Shown one piece after another: positions 30,830-45,574 of a stretch of DNA of 64,000 nucleotides. Where the stretch lies: assembly GCF_009914755.1 (NCBI RefSeq), contig NC_060926.1. One strand, 5' to 3'. The notes under the pieces are model-generated. The model searched no databases, was not told the DNA's origin, and saw only the letters and a list, made by a program, of their open reading frames with translations. Source of the stretch: the human T2T-CHM13v2.0 reference genome, Homo sapiens. The number at the start of each line of letters is the position of its first letter. The first letter of the stretch is position 1. Both the position numbers and the translations under genes were made by a program.

Positions 30830-31265
30830 CCCTAACTTCTTTCATCCTTCCTCATCTCTTAACATTTTCATCTTCCCCTCCTCCAGCTAACAGAATCATT
30901 TGGCAGATTCCTGAATGCACCACCCTGTTTATTTCTTTTATGCCTTTGCATATGGCTGCTGCTTTTCCCTGAATTACTCACTTCCTCTTTTTCCTGATAG
31001 GTGAGCTTATCCATGAAGGTGTTGCTCAAATGTCCTCTTTTGTGGCATAAGTCACCCTTTGCTTTCCTGCACTTCTATAGTATCTTCCCTTCCCTCATTC
31101 TAGCACGTACAGTGTTGTGTTCCGATGATCTCTTTGTGTCTGTTTCTTCCCTTAGAAGAACTCTTGAAGGCAGAAATTGGGTCTTACTTGCTTTCATCTT
31201 CCTAGATCCCAGCACAGAATTTGCCTCAGAATGGGTGCTCAGAAAATGTTGGTTGATGTTAAATT
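30830..31265 (+). mobile_element. L2 3' fragment
   Basis: ctcttgaaggcagaaattggg...cagcacagaatttgcc...gtgctcagaaaatgttggttga. Confidence 0.55.
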
Positions 31266-32268
31266 GCACTTCACAATCACATTAACTAGGTATGGAAAAT
31301 TAAAAAAAAAAAACAGAGAGAGAGAGACATGCATGAAAAGGGGGGGGAAGGATAATTCAATGACATGAGCTAATAAAAGTAAGGATGTACTAGGAATATT
31401 GAAGGCCAATAGTTTTATTTTGAAGCTTTAGAATTAAGAAACTTAACCAGAATTTTCTATAATATAAAGAATCTATTTAGGCTATTATTTTGTTGGGGAC
31501 AATGTCATACTGATGACACAGAATGAGGACGTGAGGCTGTGGACTCCGGTCATGAAATCCTCATGTGTTCATGTGATGGAGGAAGAAATCTTATCTCTTG
31601 ATAGTGTGGTGGCACTGTGATAATGCTGTGACGTGACATTGTACCCAAGGACTCTCCTGGCCATATACTTCAGTAAGGCCAAGGACAGTCCGGTACTATC
31701 TTGCATCATTTGCCAGCTCTGTAAGTTTCTTGTGATTCTTTTAGAGAAATGGAGACTCATATGTATATACTGTGATGGTGATGACTATCAGCTCTAGAAG
31801 ATGACCTGGCGGAGTGGGCAGAGATGGTTTCATTCTTTCTATCCCTAAGAGGCTGTTTTGCCTGTACCTCTCTAGTGGAAGGGAGACTAGCTCATTTGTA
31901 GTGTGTTTACTTCTGATATTTTTGAAGGTGAGGTGGTTTGACTTCAGGTCAGAGTACACTGCAACAAAAAAATCTCTTTGCAGTAAAAACAGCCCCGGAC
32001 CTTTGCTTGAGAGGCCAGGTGACTCAAGTTGTACATGGCAGACCAGAATGGGAACTTTAGGAATGTTTCCTCCAGCCCCTCAGGTGCCTCAGTGCCACAG
32101 ACATGCACACACTCCCTGAACAGGACACTACCAGATACTAGGGTCTGTGGTACCCACCCAGGGCGTTCTTTCTTCCTGTTCAGTGTCTCACTGAGGCTGG
32201 TAGGAAACTTCACTGAGTTACAGCAAGGTGTCTGGCTACTGTAAGCATCACTCTTGGTATCGTGTTAA

Positions 32269-32672
<404 letters not shown>

Positions 32673-33612
32673 TAAATAGAAATTGTTAAATTGCTCATGT
32701 AATAAACTGGAGATTACTTTTTGCCTGTATGGTTTACTTTTTTCCCAGTGAATGATATGAACATAATTTCAGAGGGAAATGTTTAGAACATTTAGAGAAA
32801 CACTATTCATCAACCTTTTAAAGTTACATTTTTGAATGATTCAAAAAAATCAACTCAAGAGGGAGAGAAGGGAATGGGGTGAATATGAGAAGTCAACTTT
32901 ATTGCTGATGTTTCCACTCTATAGATGACATTTTGTTTTAACAAATACAAGTGACTGGAGAAGGCTGGGTAGTGGGTACTTTGGTGTTCATGTCTTTCCA
33001 TATTTGTCTATAAGTTAAAGTGCTTTATAATAAAACCCTTTTGAAGTATCTTTTGTATAGGATTAGAGAATTAAAAAATATATGTCCATTATAAATTAGT
33101 TTTATTACAAATTTTCTACTTGGCAACATTTTTTTTTCCACTACATGAAGTACCTAAAAAAGCAACATTTTTGAAAGGCTTATTAGTGTGTGTTTCTGTA
33201 TACATGTCTTTTTTTATATATATAAAACATGTTATAATTCAGATTCTTAATCTAATCTATTGCCCTTGATACTTTGTATTGGAGAAATCTTACTTTTTAA
33301 AGTCTAGTTAAACAAAAATTAAGCCAAAATATGAAAGATGAAGATTTTCAGAAATGCGGGTAACCAGTGATTTATATCTGGGGGAGTGCTGGCGAGATGC
33401 CCGATATTGGCTTACTGAGACAGATGCCACTTTCCAGGCTGTTCTCCCAGTTCCTATTGCCTGCTGGAGGAGGTTCCAGGATTTCACGTCAAGTCAGTGT
33501 GACAGAGCTCCTGCTAGCTTCTGTCACCCAACTGCATGCAAGCAGCAGAGGCCATGCTCATCCGGGCCATGCACTTGGTTCAGGATACAGTTTAGGGGAG
33601 GAGAATGCAACC

Positions 33613-34088
33613 TGAAAGGGTTGAAAAATGGCCTCAAAGATGTCCCCAAAGATGTCCACATCCTAATCCCTGGAACCTGCTAATATGTTACCTTCTATGG
33701 CCAAAGAGACTTTGTGGATGTGATTAGGTGAAAATCCTGAGATGGGGAGATTCCATTAGAATATCTGGGTGGCCTTGATATAATCATAAGAGCCCTTATG
33801 AGAGGGCGTAGGAGAGTCAGACTCAGAGAAGATGTGATTAGGGAAGCAGAGGTCAGAGGGACGTGGCACGAGCCAAGGAATGCAGGGGGGCCTCTAGAAA
33901 CTAGAGAAGGCAGGGGACAGATTCTCCCCTAGAGCCTCCAGAAGGAAAAAGCTTTGTCACCACCTTGATGTTAGCCCACTAATGTGATTTTGGACTTCTG
34001 ACCTCTGGAAGTGCAAGATGGAAATTTGCATTGTTTGAAGCCACTCAGTTTGTGGTTATTTCTTACAGCAGCCATAGGAGATGGATAC
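33613..34088 (+). mobile_element. MaLR solo LTR (MLT1D-like)
   Basis: aagatgtccacatcctaatccctggaacctg...agccaaggaatgcagg...cagattctcccctagagcctccagaagg...tttgtggttatttcttacagcagccatagg. Confidence 0.85.
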
Positions 34089-34217
34089 AAACAGGCTTGT
34101 GCTTGAGAAAGGATAAGCCACAGCTTGGTGGGCAGGGAAGACCTCCTTCCCATCAGAGATCGTAGGGCTCATTAAGAACTTGGAAAGGGTGAGGATTAAG
34201 TCTTCCACAGTGCTGGC

Positions 34218-34341
34218 TTTGTTTTTGTAGAGATGAGGTCTCATTTTGCATAGCTGGACTTAAACGCCTGGGCCCAAGCAATCCTCCTGCCTTGGCCTCC
34301 CAAACTGCTGGGATGACAGGTGTGAGCCACCATGCCCGGCC
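34218..34341 (-). mobile_element. Free left Alu monomer (FLAM/AluJ fragment), followed by a MIR remnant to about 34550
   Basis: caagcaatcctcctgccttggcctcccaaa...gagccaccatgcccggcc. Confidence 0.8.
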
Positions 34342-36230
34342 CAGTACTGTCTTTAAATCAAACTGCCCAGATTCATACCCTGGCACCACCATTTATTAGC
34401 ACTGGAATCTTACATAATTGAACCTCTGTCTGCCTTTGTTCTCCCATTTATAAGCATAGGAATGATAATAGAACTTGCTCATAAACTTGTTATAAGGTTT
34501 AACTGACATAATCCATTCATGCCTGGCACAAAGTAAAGGTGCTGTGAAGATTGACTGTTTTTATATGAGTCCTCAACTATTCAAAGGCTTTGCCATGTGT
34601 TTATAGCTGTTGAATTTTATTAGCACATTTAATAAGGCCATTCCTTCTTTTGGGAAACCAATAAATTATGCATTCTTCACTTATAGAAATCTAAAAGAAA
34701 TACCCACTTATTCTGGGGACAGTGACATGGTAGCTCAGTGTGTGGTCCTTAGATTGATGAAGTCTTCATTTTGTTTTAATAAGGGGCACAAAAATAAACA
34801 TACCTGCCTTTGTTTTCTATGTGAACAACAGATATGTTACTTGCAATGAGACGTGTTCGTGGTGACCTCTTTAGGTTTTAGAGGATGCTTAGGTTTGCAT
34901 TCTTCTACCTATTCTGATGCTCACAGTAAGAGGATTTCCTTAAGACAGCAGAAGTCTTCTCCGAGTGAGGAGGACCACATGATGGGAGTAGAGGGAGCTA
35001 AGCTAGGGTCACTGTACTGGTGGAGTTACGAGAATGCTGGAAACTTTGCAGATCATGACCAGTATTCAGCTTATGGCATGGTTACCACTGAGTGGAAGGC
35101 AGGGTGGCTCCCTCTAATCCCATCCTCCTGTTTCATTCTACAGGACCTTCGTAATGAAATTCTTTTGATACTTCATAGTAACCGTGTCTCCTTAGACCGG
35201 ACCTACCATGAGCTGTCACCAAGCTCATCCTAAATTCTCCTCTGTGGGTGGCATCTGAGTTGATGAGGTGTAGCATCCTAGACAGAGAGGAACCCATGTG
35301 TGTAGTAAGGCAAGAAGACAGTAAAGAACAAGTTCAGGTTGGGCAATTCCATACAGCGGAGGCACATGGTGTGTGCCGGGGTGGAGAGAGGGCAGATGTG
35401 AAACTGGAATTCTCCGCTGAGGGAAGTGTGTGAAGAGCTTCAGGAGTGTGGACTTGACCCTGGAGCCCTTCCTTTTCTCCAGGTGCCATATTCCAGTAGA
35501 TATCATGAGAGTGGGAATAAAGGACTCTGTGGTCCCAAAGTTTTGGAAATACTTGGAAGAATAAGCCAAAGAGTTTCTTTGCTTTAGGAATTCTCAGAAC
35601 CTGTTAAAACCTTTTGAATTTCCCAGAAGTGGATACAATAGATACATAGATATGAGACTCAGAACTAAGGATAAAAAGAAGTGAGTGGGTCTAAGAGATA
35701 TTCAGGATGAAGAATCGAAAACAGTTGTTGACCAATTATATGGCAGGGGGGCTACTAAGATGTGACAGGGAGAGAAGTCTAATGCAAGCCCATTTTCAAG
35801 TTTAGGATTTTATACAATAGAATCCTTTTAGATAATAGAGGAACAGGGCATATGTGGGAAAATAAATCAGTTTACAGAAAGATAATGAGTTTCAAATTTA
35901 TTTTGGACTTGTTTTATTTGAGATACAGAAAGGAGAGCTGACGGTGTCGACGTCCATAGACCTTTAAGTGTGAATCTGGGGTAAGGGAATTGAGGGACCA
36001 GAATGCTGGGCAGAGCCGGGTAGTTCAGCCAGGGTTGCTAAAGAAGACCTCCGGAGATTGCAGGATTTCCGAGGTTTGCATGCAAATCACATTCACCTAT
36101 AAAAATCATTCGATGATGTTGTAGTCTTGGGCAGAAGAGTAGAGCCATAATTTAGCTCTTAAGTGCTATCTCTTGCATTCTGATTAAGATCATTGTTAGG
36201 TTTCAATAGAAGCTGAATCTTCCCTTTCAG

Positions 36231-36448
36231 AATCACTGCTTGTGCAATGACTATGAATAAGTACGTAGAAGAAAATGTATCTCAGAAATCCTACACGACC
36301 ATCAAGTACTTCATGAAGATGCTGAGCAGTGTCAGCGAAACCTTGATCTTCATCTTCATGGGTGTGTCTACCGTGGGCAAGAACCACGAGTGGAACTGGG
36401 CCTTCGTCTGCTTCACCCTGGCCTTCTGCCTCATGTGGCGAGCCCTGG
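36231..36448 (+). CDS. SLC9A2: NHE2 coding exon 4 (218 nt): [12 protein letters not shown]...MWRALG
   Basis: Acceptor ccctttcag|A, donor G|gtaatg; ORF 36247..36498; phase 2 to 1. Confidence 0.96.
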
Positions 36449-36558
36449 GTAATGAGTGCTTGTTTGCTAACTGGACATATGTAACACTCACTAATTGAAT
36501 GGGGCTTTCCTTTTGTCATTCCCTTTCTGCTGTTGTGGATTCTTTTATGTCTGCTTAA

Positions 36559-36842
36559 TTTCTTCTTCTTTCTTACCTACGTCTTCCTCCTCTTCTTCCT
36601 CTTCCTCCTTTACTTTTTTCTCTCCTATATCCTCCTCTTCCTCCTTTTCTTATCCTTTCTCATTTCCTTCCTCCTCTTCCCTATTATCTTCTTCCTCATC
36701 CTCCATCCTCCTGTTTCTCTTTCTCCTCTTCCTTCTCACCTTCCTCTGCCTCTTCCTCTTCCCCTTTCCTTCCTCATCGCCCTCTTCATCTTCTCTGTCT
36801 CTTGCTCTTCCCGCCCCTTCCTGATATATTCTTTTCTTCTCT
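36559..36842. repeat. About 280-bp pyrimidine-rich (TCC/TTC) low-complexity tract in intron 4
   Basis: Direct reading; almost all C/T on the + strand. Confidence 0.92.
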
Positions 36843-37100
36843 GAGTATCTTCATGGCTTTGTTATAAGTCAGATTAGTTTGTCTTGTCTTCTCTGATTTC
36901 ACATTTTCACCCACAATCCTGAAACAACATCAAAGGCCCAGAACCTGGTATTACTAGCAAGACAGAGAAAAAGGGGAAAGACTTTGGGGCCTATTCTTAA
37001 ATCCTTTGTCCCCGTCGCAGAAGCACAGAAAATGAGTCTATGTATTTTCATATTTTGGCCTCACCCAGTCTGTTTCCTCTTGGGTTTTCTTTCTTTGCAG

Positions 37101-37303
37101 GTGTTTTTGTCCTGACTCAGGTCATTAATAGGTTCCGGACCATTCCCCTGACCTTTAAGGACCAGTTCATCATTGCCTATGGAGGACTTCGAGGTGCCAT
37201 CTGTTTTGCGTTAGTGTTTCTCCTTCCTGCTGCTGTGTTTCCTCGGAAAAAATTGTTTATTACGGCTGCCATTGTTGTCATATTCTTTACTGTCTTCATT
37301 CTG
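37101..37303 (+). CDS. SLC9A2: NHE2 coding exon 5 (203 nt): VFVLTQV...[10 protein letters not shown]...FTVFIL
   Basis: Acceptor ttctttgcag|GT, donor CTG|gtaagt; ORF 37040..37336; phase 1 to 0. Confidence 0.97.
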
Positions 37304-37824
37304 GTAAGTAGAGTGATCCCTTTACCAGGAGGGTAAAAAATATCGTTCAGAATATTGGATTCTGTTTACAGGATGCAAAGTAGCAAAGGTGTGTTGAAAC
37401 TTTGGTAGTTAATTACTAGGGAAAATGATATTTCCTGTCTGGGTTCATGTCACTAGATTGTTGAGGGGCCTCAGAGAGTCCAATTTGGTCACTTGGCCTA
37501 CACAGAGAAATTATTATTTAAGGAAACTAAACTAAGCGCTCTAATCTTATGACTGGAAACAGGAACTGCACTTGCTAATGCTTATTATTTTTCTGACTTA
37601 GTGAATGCACTTGTTAAATGCTAGTTGTGCATATGACCTTCCAACAGCTATTTGACATGAGTTGACTGCCTCGCGGTGACTCCCCTAAATGAGGAATGGA
37701 TGAATGCACGTTTAATATTGGGAGGCAGAAAATGTGGTGGACCTGTGTCCAGATCCCTACTTTGCAAGTTAATCAATATCTTTAAGTTAAGATGCCAACT
37801 CTTAGAAGATTATATTTTGCAGAT

Positions 37825-39020
37825 ATTCATTTATCAAATATTTCCTGGACTCCTGCTAAGTGCCAGGCAGTGCTCTAGGAGCCAGAACATAAAAAGATCC
37901 CTGTCCCTGCTGCAGAGCTTACATTTCAGAGGGGTTGGTAGCACTAAACAAGAAACACGAGTAAATCATAGAGCATGTTAGAAGGTGGAAAATGTTATGC
38001 AATAAGGATAGAGTAAGGAGTCAAGCATGGTAAGGGTAAAGTCGTGGGGGAAATGTTACAATTCCAACATCAAATGGTCATGAAAGGGAACAGCGAGAAA
38101 AATGAGATTTGAGCAAAGACATGCAGGAGGTGGAGGAATTAGCTAAGCCCAAGAACATCCCAGGCAAATGGGCTGAGGGATCAAGTGTGTTCTGAAGGCA
38201 GTGTGCTCTTGGCCAGTGTGGCTGGAGTGGCACAGAGTGTGGTGTGGAGTGTAGGAGAATGAGGCGAAGCAGGGTCTGGAGTCCTACATCATGCAGGGCC
38301 ATGCAGCCCAGTGTATGAAGCTTGGCGCTTCTTCAAGTGAAATGGAAGCCATTAGAGAGTGTCATGCAGATCCCTGATATGTTCTCACGTCCTTTGTAAA
38401 AGGATCATACTGGCCACTGTGTTGAGAATAGACTGTTGCGAGGAAAGGGTGAATGTTGGAATCCAGCATGGAAGCCCTGCAGTCATTAGGGAGGACCAAA
38501 CTGGTGGAAGTTCAGTTGGTGAGAAGTGGTAAGATCCTAGAATACATTCTGATGGAGCAACCTATGGGATTCCCTGATGGATTAGACATGTTGTGAGGGA
38601 AAGAGGCATCACTCATGACTCCAGGGGTTTTGGCCTGAGCAGCTAGAAGGATGGACTTGCCCTCAAGTGAGAAGGGGAAGTCTGTGCATGGCAGAGGTGG
38701 GGGTGGGGAGACTGTCAGTTCAATGACGGGCATGCTGCATTAGGGGTGTCCATTAGACCTACAGTGGAGATACGGATGAGGCAGATATTATGAGTCTGGA
38801 GCTCAGGAAAGAGGCTCTCTGGCCACTAGCAGAGAATTGGTATTTGAAGCCATGAGCTGGATATGATTGTGAAGAGAGTGAAAATATACATTGAAGAGGC
38901 TGCAATAGAGGAGTAAGGATTGAGCCTTGGGGCGGCCCCACCTTAAGACATCGTGGGAAGAAGGGAGCAGCCAAGAAGAACTAAGAATGAGCGATCGGTA
39001 AAAAAGGAGGAAGATCAGGA
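37825..39020 (-). mobile_element. L2 LINE fragment (about 1.2 kb)
   Basis: cattt atcaaatatttcctggactcctgctaagtgccaggcagtg...atgactccaggggttttggcctgagcagctagaaggatgg. Confidence 0.75.
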
Positions 39021-40750
39021 GATGTGCGTGTGTTTTAAAAATTTATTCATATTTATTTAAAAGTTAGTCACAGAATGCTTTCTAGGTACCTGATGCAAAT
39101 CTGAGCATCTTACATGTTAATTCATTTAACCCTCATAACAATTCCATGGCACATAACTCTAGGAATCATGGTTTATTATCCCTATTTTGTGGAAGAGGAA
39201 AGTGGGGCACTGAAACTGAGGCTAAGTAAGTTTACCAAATTTGCACAGATACTAAAATGTAAAGCAGAGTCAAAATCTATTTGCTTTTGACCCTGAATAA
39301 GGTGTCCAGGAGAGAGCCTGGTGTGTAGCGAGTGCTCAGTATTGTAATGCATCACGATTTTCCTCCTTCCTTCTAGTCATTTCTTCAAAAGACAGTTCAT
39401 CCTTCATTCATTCATGCCTTCCAACACTGAGGACACTGAGTTCTCTGGAATCCTGAAGAAGACCCTTTCCTGAGTTAAGATGACCACCTTCTGTTACTGT
39501 CTTTATTATCAACACCTTTCTGCTTTCGCGCAGTAATATGGGCCAGAAATGGTGATGACTTGCCCTTGGGAAGTAGTGGCAGAGCTGAGAAAAAGCAGAT
39601 GCAGCCCTCTTTATTTTGGAAGACTCTTCAATGAGACTTTATGTGAGAAGTGAGCCAAAGCAGGGCAGAGGATCAGTCGAAGGATGACTGCTAACTCTTG
39701 TGTTGTGTGGAATGTCAGAGAGCTTGTGAGGACAGGGGAGGCTGGAAGTGGGGAAGTTCATGTGAGGTGGATCACCTGTTCTCAGTGATGTAGGAGCATG
39801 GCTTTCCCTGAGTATAAAGAGGACAGGAGGAGGATAGATGGGAGGAGAGAGATGAAGGTGGTTAAAGGCCATGATAGAAAAGGAGAAAGCCTGAAGCAAC
39901 AAACAGCACAGTTGAGATGTATTAGCCGAATTTGGTATTGTGAACACATCAAGCTAATCCTCCACTGAGGGAGACATCTGGGGATCATTGTTTAGAGCCC
40001 GCAGGTGTAGAGATGGCAGTCTTTCCTCTTATTAGGTTAAACGAGAGTCTGGCCAAGTTCACTTGGATATCCACAGAGAAGAGAAATTGCTGCGGTTCCA
40101 CTTGTGTTGATATCTTCTTTTTCCTTTTCTCTGCCTACCCTTCTGTGTGCACAGATCGGAGACTGCGTGCATATTGCTTGGTTCCATGACTCTGACCACT
40201 TCCTCTTCCTCCTATTCTCCTACCTACCACTGGTTCTTAAGATACTCTGAACACACACACGTGCACAAGCGTGCATGCACCCACACACACAAATACACAC
40301 ATACTCCCTTCAGAAAAGATATCTTTTCCAGAATACATCAATAATTAAGGAATTCAGTGAAGGAAGCCTGGAGGGAAATACTTGATGAGATATAAATATA
40401 GCAGGAATAACTAATTATACATCCATGCATAAAATATTGCCTTTCAAGTAAGAATTATGTATTCTTTTTCAAACGATGACTTTTATGTTGATGGACCAAT
40501 TACTAAACTTTAAATATGTTTTTCTCCCCTTATTTCAATATTTTATATGATAAGCTCTTCCAACCTGGTACTACTGAGTTATAACTATCTTCAAAAATAG
40601 GATTTCACATGATGTATGATGCATTGTTTGATATCATAGTTTATCATGAGAATTTTCACATTGTTTGAATCGTGTTGCTTCTTAGCAAGCGATGTAGTCC
40701 CTTTATGAGGCACACTATCATGTTGTCAGAATATGGTGCTGTTTGGGGAA

Positions 40751-41048
40751 TTTTTTTTTTTTTGAGACAGAGTGTCACTCTGTCACCTAGGCTGGAGTGC
40801 AGTGGCACGATCTTGGCTCACTGCAACCTCTGCCTCCTAGGTTCCAGCGATTCTCCTGCCTCAGCCTCCCTGAGTAGCTGGGATTACAGAAATCCACCAT
40901 CACGCCCAGCTAATTTTTATATTTTTAGTAGAGATGCGGTTTCGCCGTGTTCGCCAGGCTGGTCTTGAATTCCTGGCCTCAAGTAATGCACCCACCTTGG
41001 CCTCCCAAAGAGCTGGGATTACAAGCGCGAGCACCACCATGCCCGGCC
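40751..41048 (-). mobile_element. Alu (older S/J type)
   Basis: Full dimer with poly-T. Confidence 0.92.
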
Positions 41049-41414
41049 GTGGAATATTGAATGAGGAAACAATTCTGATTCCTTGGACATTTGAGTTCAT
41101 TTTTTTCCAATATGATTGGTAATGTTATTTATATCAAATATAAGCTATTTCTCATACATGTAAATTATATTCAAAATTGGGGAGGGTGAAATACAGTTAC
41201 ATAAAGTGCAGTTTTAGAGTAAGACTATTGTGGGTTGATACTCTAAGCCTGCTTTTTGCAGCCTCTGTGGGCCTCAGTTTACTTAGCTGTAAAATCTAGA
41301 CAATGCTCCAGGCAGCTCAGGGGAAATATGTGTATAGAGTATGACACCTGACACAGGGTTTTTGCCTCACGAGTTGCCATGTTTAATATACTACATTAAG
41401 AAAAATTATAACGA

Positions 41415-41718
<304 letters not shown>

Positions 41719-41959
41719 AAAGAAAACTTGTAACGAAAGAAAGAAAAAGGTAAGTTCTTTCAATATACTTTTCTTTGGAAGGAAAAATGATTAGAATACA
41801 ATAATTATTATGTAGTTAATCCCTATAATAAAAAGGGGCAGATCTCAAGAATTCTGTAAACGTACTAAGTGGTTATCTAGAAGTCCATCAAGTGGGAAAG
41901 TTAACCAAAATTCAAGAGATAGCAGCCTCTTTTGCACATTAGTGATGTAACTTAGGTTA

Positions 41960-42412
41960 AGTCACGGTGCAGAACTGTGAAGCATCTGGGGTTTTATTAT
42001 ACTTGTAAGCTAACAAGTTCGCCTGTTACTATTTCATGAATGCTACAGAAGACTCCTGAGTCAGAGACAAAGGACTTTATTGTCCATGACAAGAGCTGTA
42101 GCCACAGCCTTGTGTTGGTTTGTGTCAGTTTTCCACACCTCCTTGTCCCATGGGGGTGACACAAGGGACCCGCAATGGATGTCTGCCCATGTCATGGGCT
42201 GTATTGCAGGAGGGGGATATATTTGAGTTTGGGGATATATTGCTCTCTCAGAAGGGTGACCTTACTTCATTTCTCAAGAGTGCTCATTGCTTGCAACCCT
42301 AAGAAATGCTCCAGGTAAAAAAGTCATCAAGGCCTGACATTCTTGGCATCCCCTGCAAGAACATGTTGGGGTGCTTAGGGCCCATGGTGGGGTAGCCTCT
42401 CCCAGCAATTAC
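41960..42412 (-). mobile_element. ERV solo LTR (LTR40-like, ERVL class)
   Basis: taagctaacaagttcgcctg...tcagagacaaaggactttatt (minus-strand AATAAA) matches recalled LTR40; family uncertain. Confidence 0.55.
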
Positions 42413-42639
42413 ATGAATCTTTGCTGATTTAGCCTCTCCAACTGGAATGATGATGCTCACTATTTTATAGACCTTGTGAAGACCCTCAAATGTGCCTTCA
42501 TTTGTCAAATAAATGGTCATATTTTTATATATGTACTGTTTAAAAAGGACACCATCTTTATATTTCATTAACATATGCCATTATTAGGTGGGGTTCCATA
42601 GAATTTAGAATACTTTACAACAATCCTACAATAAAACGA

Positions 42640-43500
42640 GCAAGATGATCAGGCTTTTTTAAGATGGAACAATGTAGGTGAAAAGTTTAGGATATGAGAA
42701 GAAGAGCAGTATAAGACAGTTCCATGTGTTTTTGACTGCGCAGCCAGGGGAATGAAGGTGACATTTAATTTGGTGGGGACTACCTGGAGAGTATTAGGTT
42801 TGAAGGATGGGACATCATGTGCTCAGTTTTGGATGTGTCCATTTTGGACATATATATTTGCCTATTAGACATCTAAGTGGAGATGTTGGATAGGCAGTTA
42901 TATATATATGTATATATACACACATATATATGAGTCTGGAATTTGGGGGAGAAGCCAGAGTGGGAGATGTAAATTTGGGATTCCTCAATATATGGTTTTT
43001 AACACACATAAGTCTGGAATTATTGAGGGTATAAACATAGAAAGAATACAGAAAAGAAGGCATCTGACAACTGAACCCTGAAACATAGCAATATTTAGAA
43101 ATCAAGAAAAGGTTGAGGAATCAGCCCAGGAGGCCGGAAAGGGTGAACACTAAAGGAGGCGAAACATCAGAAGGGGTTACACAGGAAGGAGAGAAGAGGC
43201 CTCTAGCAACTGTGACAAATACAGCTGCAAGGTCAGAAAAAGTGTGAGTGGAGAGTGCAGTCTTGGATGTAGTGACACCATGATGAGTGGCCTCTGCACA
43301 AGAGCACTTTGGGTCAGTGAGGAGAACAAAACCCCAACTGGCTGGATTCGAGAGGGGAGGGGAACAGAGAAATGAGGGGCAGGAGATATGGGCAACCCTC
43401 TTAGGTTTCTTAGAGAAAGGAGGTGGTGGCCAGAGGTGGATATCTGTCACAGGATGGTTTTTGTTTCTGATTTTCGAAGATGGGAGCACATTTGGAGACT
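42640..43500 (-). mobile_element. L2 LINE fragment
   Basis: cctattagacatctaagtggagatgttgga...gagatgtaaatttggga. Confidence 0.6.
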
Positions 43501-45574
43501 GATGGTACAGGAGAGGGGGAAACCCTGATCAGCAAAGAGAAAGCTGGAGTATAGGGGAGAGACGGACAGACATAGAAGGGGAAATCAGTGTGCAGCATGG
43601 AAAGTGCTAAAAGAGAGACACACAGATGGGGACTGTGAACAGCTACTGCAATGCTTTAATGCTTCTCACTCCACCTATCCCATTCTAAGATAAACACTGT
43701 TTGCACAACTGCATTTATGATCTCTGTGACCAAGTGTGTGATGTGAGAAAGACCTTCCATAAGACAGCATAGCAGCGATAGTGATATTTTTTAATACATG
43801 AAAATCGTTTCTATAAGTTTTTCTGGAAATTACCTGATAATCAGCAAGGAAATATAAGTTTCTCTCTCCCACATCCTTTTTATTTTGCAAATATTAATTC
43901 CAAAAAGCAACACAAAACAAGAACTCATTTTCTTCAAAAAAAAAAAAAAAAAAAAGATGAAAAGAATGCTCATGACACTCACATCGCAGTTGTATAATTT
44001 TTGTTTGTTTGTTTTCCCCTCTGATATAAATGGGAACTGGGGGATGCCAGGTGGGAGGAAAGCAGAGATGGAACAAGATGCAAAACCAATAATTCTCCCC
44101 GTTCCTCTCCCTGCCCCTGCTGTTACATGATTCTCCCAGGCAGGCCTGACCCTCAGAGGTGGTGTTTAGTATGTATGCCAAAGTGAATGAACTGGTGAAA
44201 ATTTAACTTGTATTTGCAAATATTTCTACTGGTAGTTTGATGAAAAACTAAGGGTTGTATTTTTTTTATTCTGTATGGATGGTAGCAAGCTCTTTGATTT
44301 TTCTAAGCCTTATCGGGTTACTCCCTGGGTGATCTAAATTAGAAATTTTCTAATGTGGTTAAAATAAGGTGCTTTCTTGGTCTTTGTTGTTTCTTTCTCC
44401 CTCCCAACCAGACACCCAGGCTCCTAGAATATAACATCCAATGTTGGGGGCTTAATATGGCATACACAGATGTCATATACTCTGCCTGCAAAATAGATGG
44501 ATTGAAGAAGGAAGGAAAGTAAGAAGGGAGGGAGAATAAGTAAGGCAGCTTTCATCAAATAATTCTTATTGAGCATGATATGACTATTGCAGGCAATTCA
44601 AAGATAAAAAGGGCGACTATTAAAAGGGACTGTATATACAAAAACATATTGCTATAAGCTTTATGATTATAAACATAAATATATTATGCTTTCAAAAACT
44701 TGAGTTGATGGGGTGGTAGGCCACACTTGCTTCCTGGAGTTGATGAGTTGTGATTTATTTATGGTAGCGCATTCACTTCTAGATCATCTGTAGGGTGGAA
44801 GGAATCAACATATGGACTGGGGTAAGCCCTGTGTCCTATCTTTATGTCCTGTATTTACAAAGACTCGTGACTCACCTATTACTTACTAAATGAACACTGA
44901 TAGGAAAAGAGCACGTGAAACAGCAGCTTGTGTCTTTAGAACACATTATAGAGTTTTAAAATTTACATTGATTTTGTCAACTTTTTCTTGAGCTATTATT
45001 AAACTACTGGCTTCATGGAATCTGGAACTTAGTGAATTCTCCCATCTCTGCGAACCACATGTTTACACCCGTTTCATTTACATAAGTTAGAAATTACAGA
45101 ACATGTGTTGATTGGAAAACTGCTATTACCTTTTGTGTTATCTCAAAGTAGCAGACTGAAATACAAATAGAACACAAGATGTGTTTTATACCAAATTTGG
45201 TCAAAATCAGTTCACACTTCAGAAAGTTAAAATGAAAGTTAAGCTGAAAAATGCCCAGAGCTAGACTGATGGAAAAAAGCCAATCACCTCCTTTAAAAAA
45301 ATGGATGTGTGTGTGTGTCTCAGTCAGTTTGCATTATCAAAAACATTCTTAAAGTCTGAAAGACATGAGGAAAGATGAGATGAAAGTCAAATGCATGGCA
45401 GGGAATATCCCCCTATATAGCTACCCTCTGTCCCTGAAATCCTAACTACCCTTCCTATCCATGTATCCTTCCTGCAGGCCAGGAAGTAGTGGCCATCTGC
45501 CCACCAAGCAAGAAACTTGGGAATCTTGACTCTCACCCCCTCCTTACCTGCCCTATTTTGTGCCAGTAATGCAT

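Noticed and set aside
36495-36844. Ser-rich and Leu/Phe-rich ORFs
   Set aside because: Produced by a stop-free pyrimidine low-complexity tract
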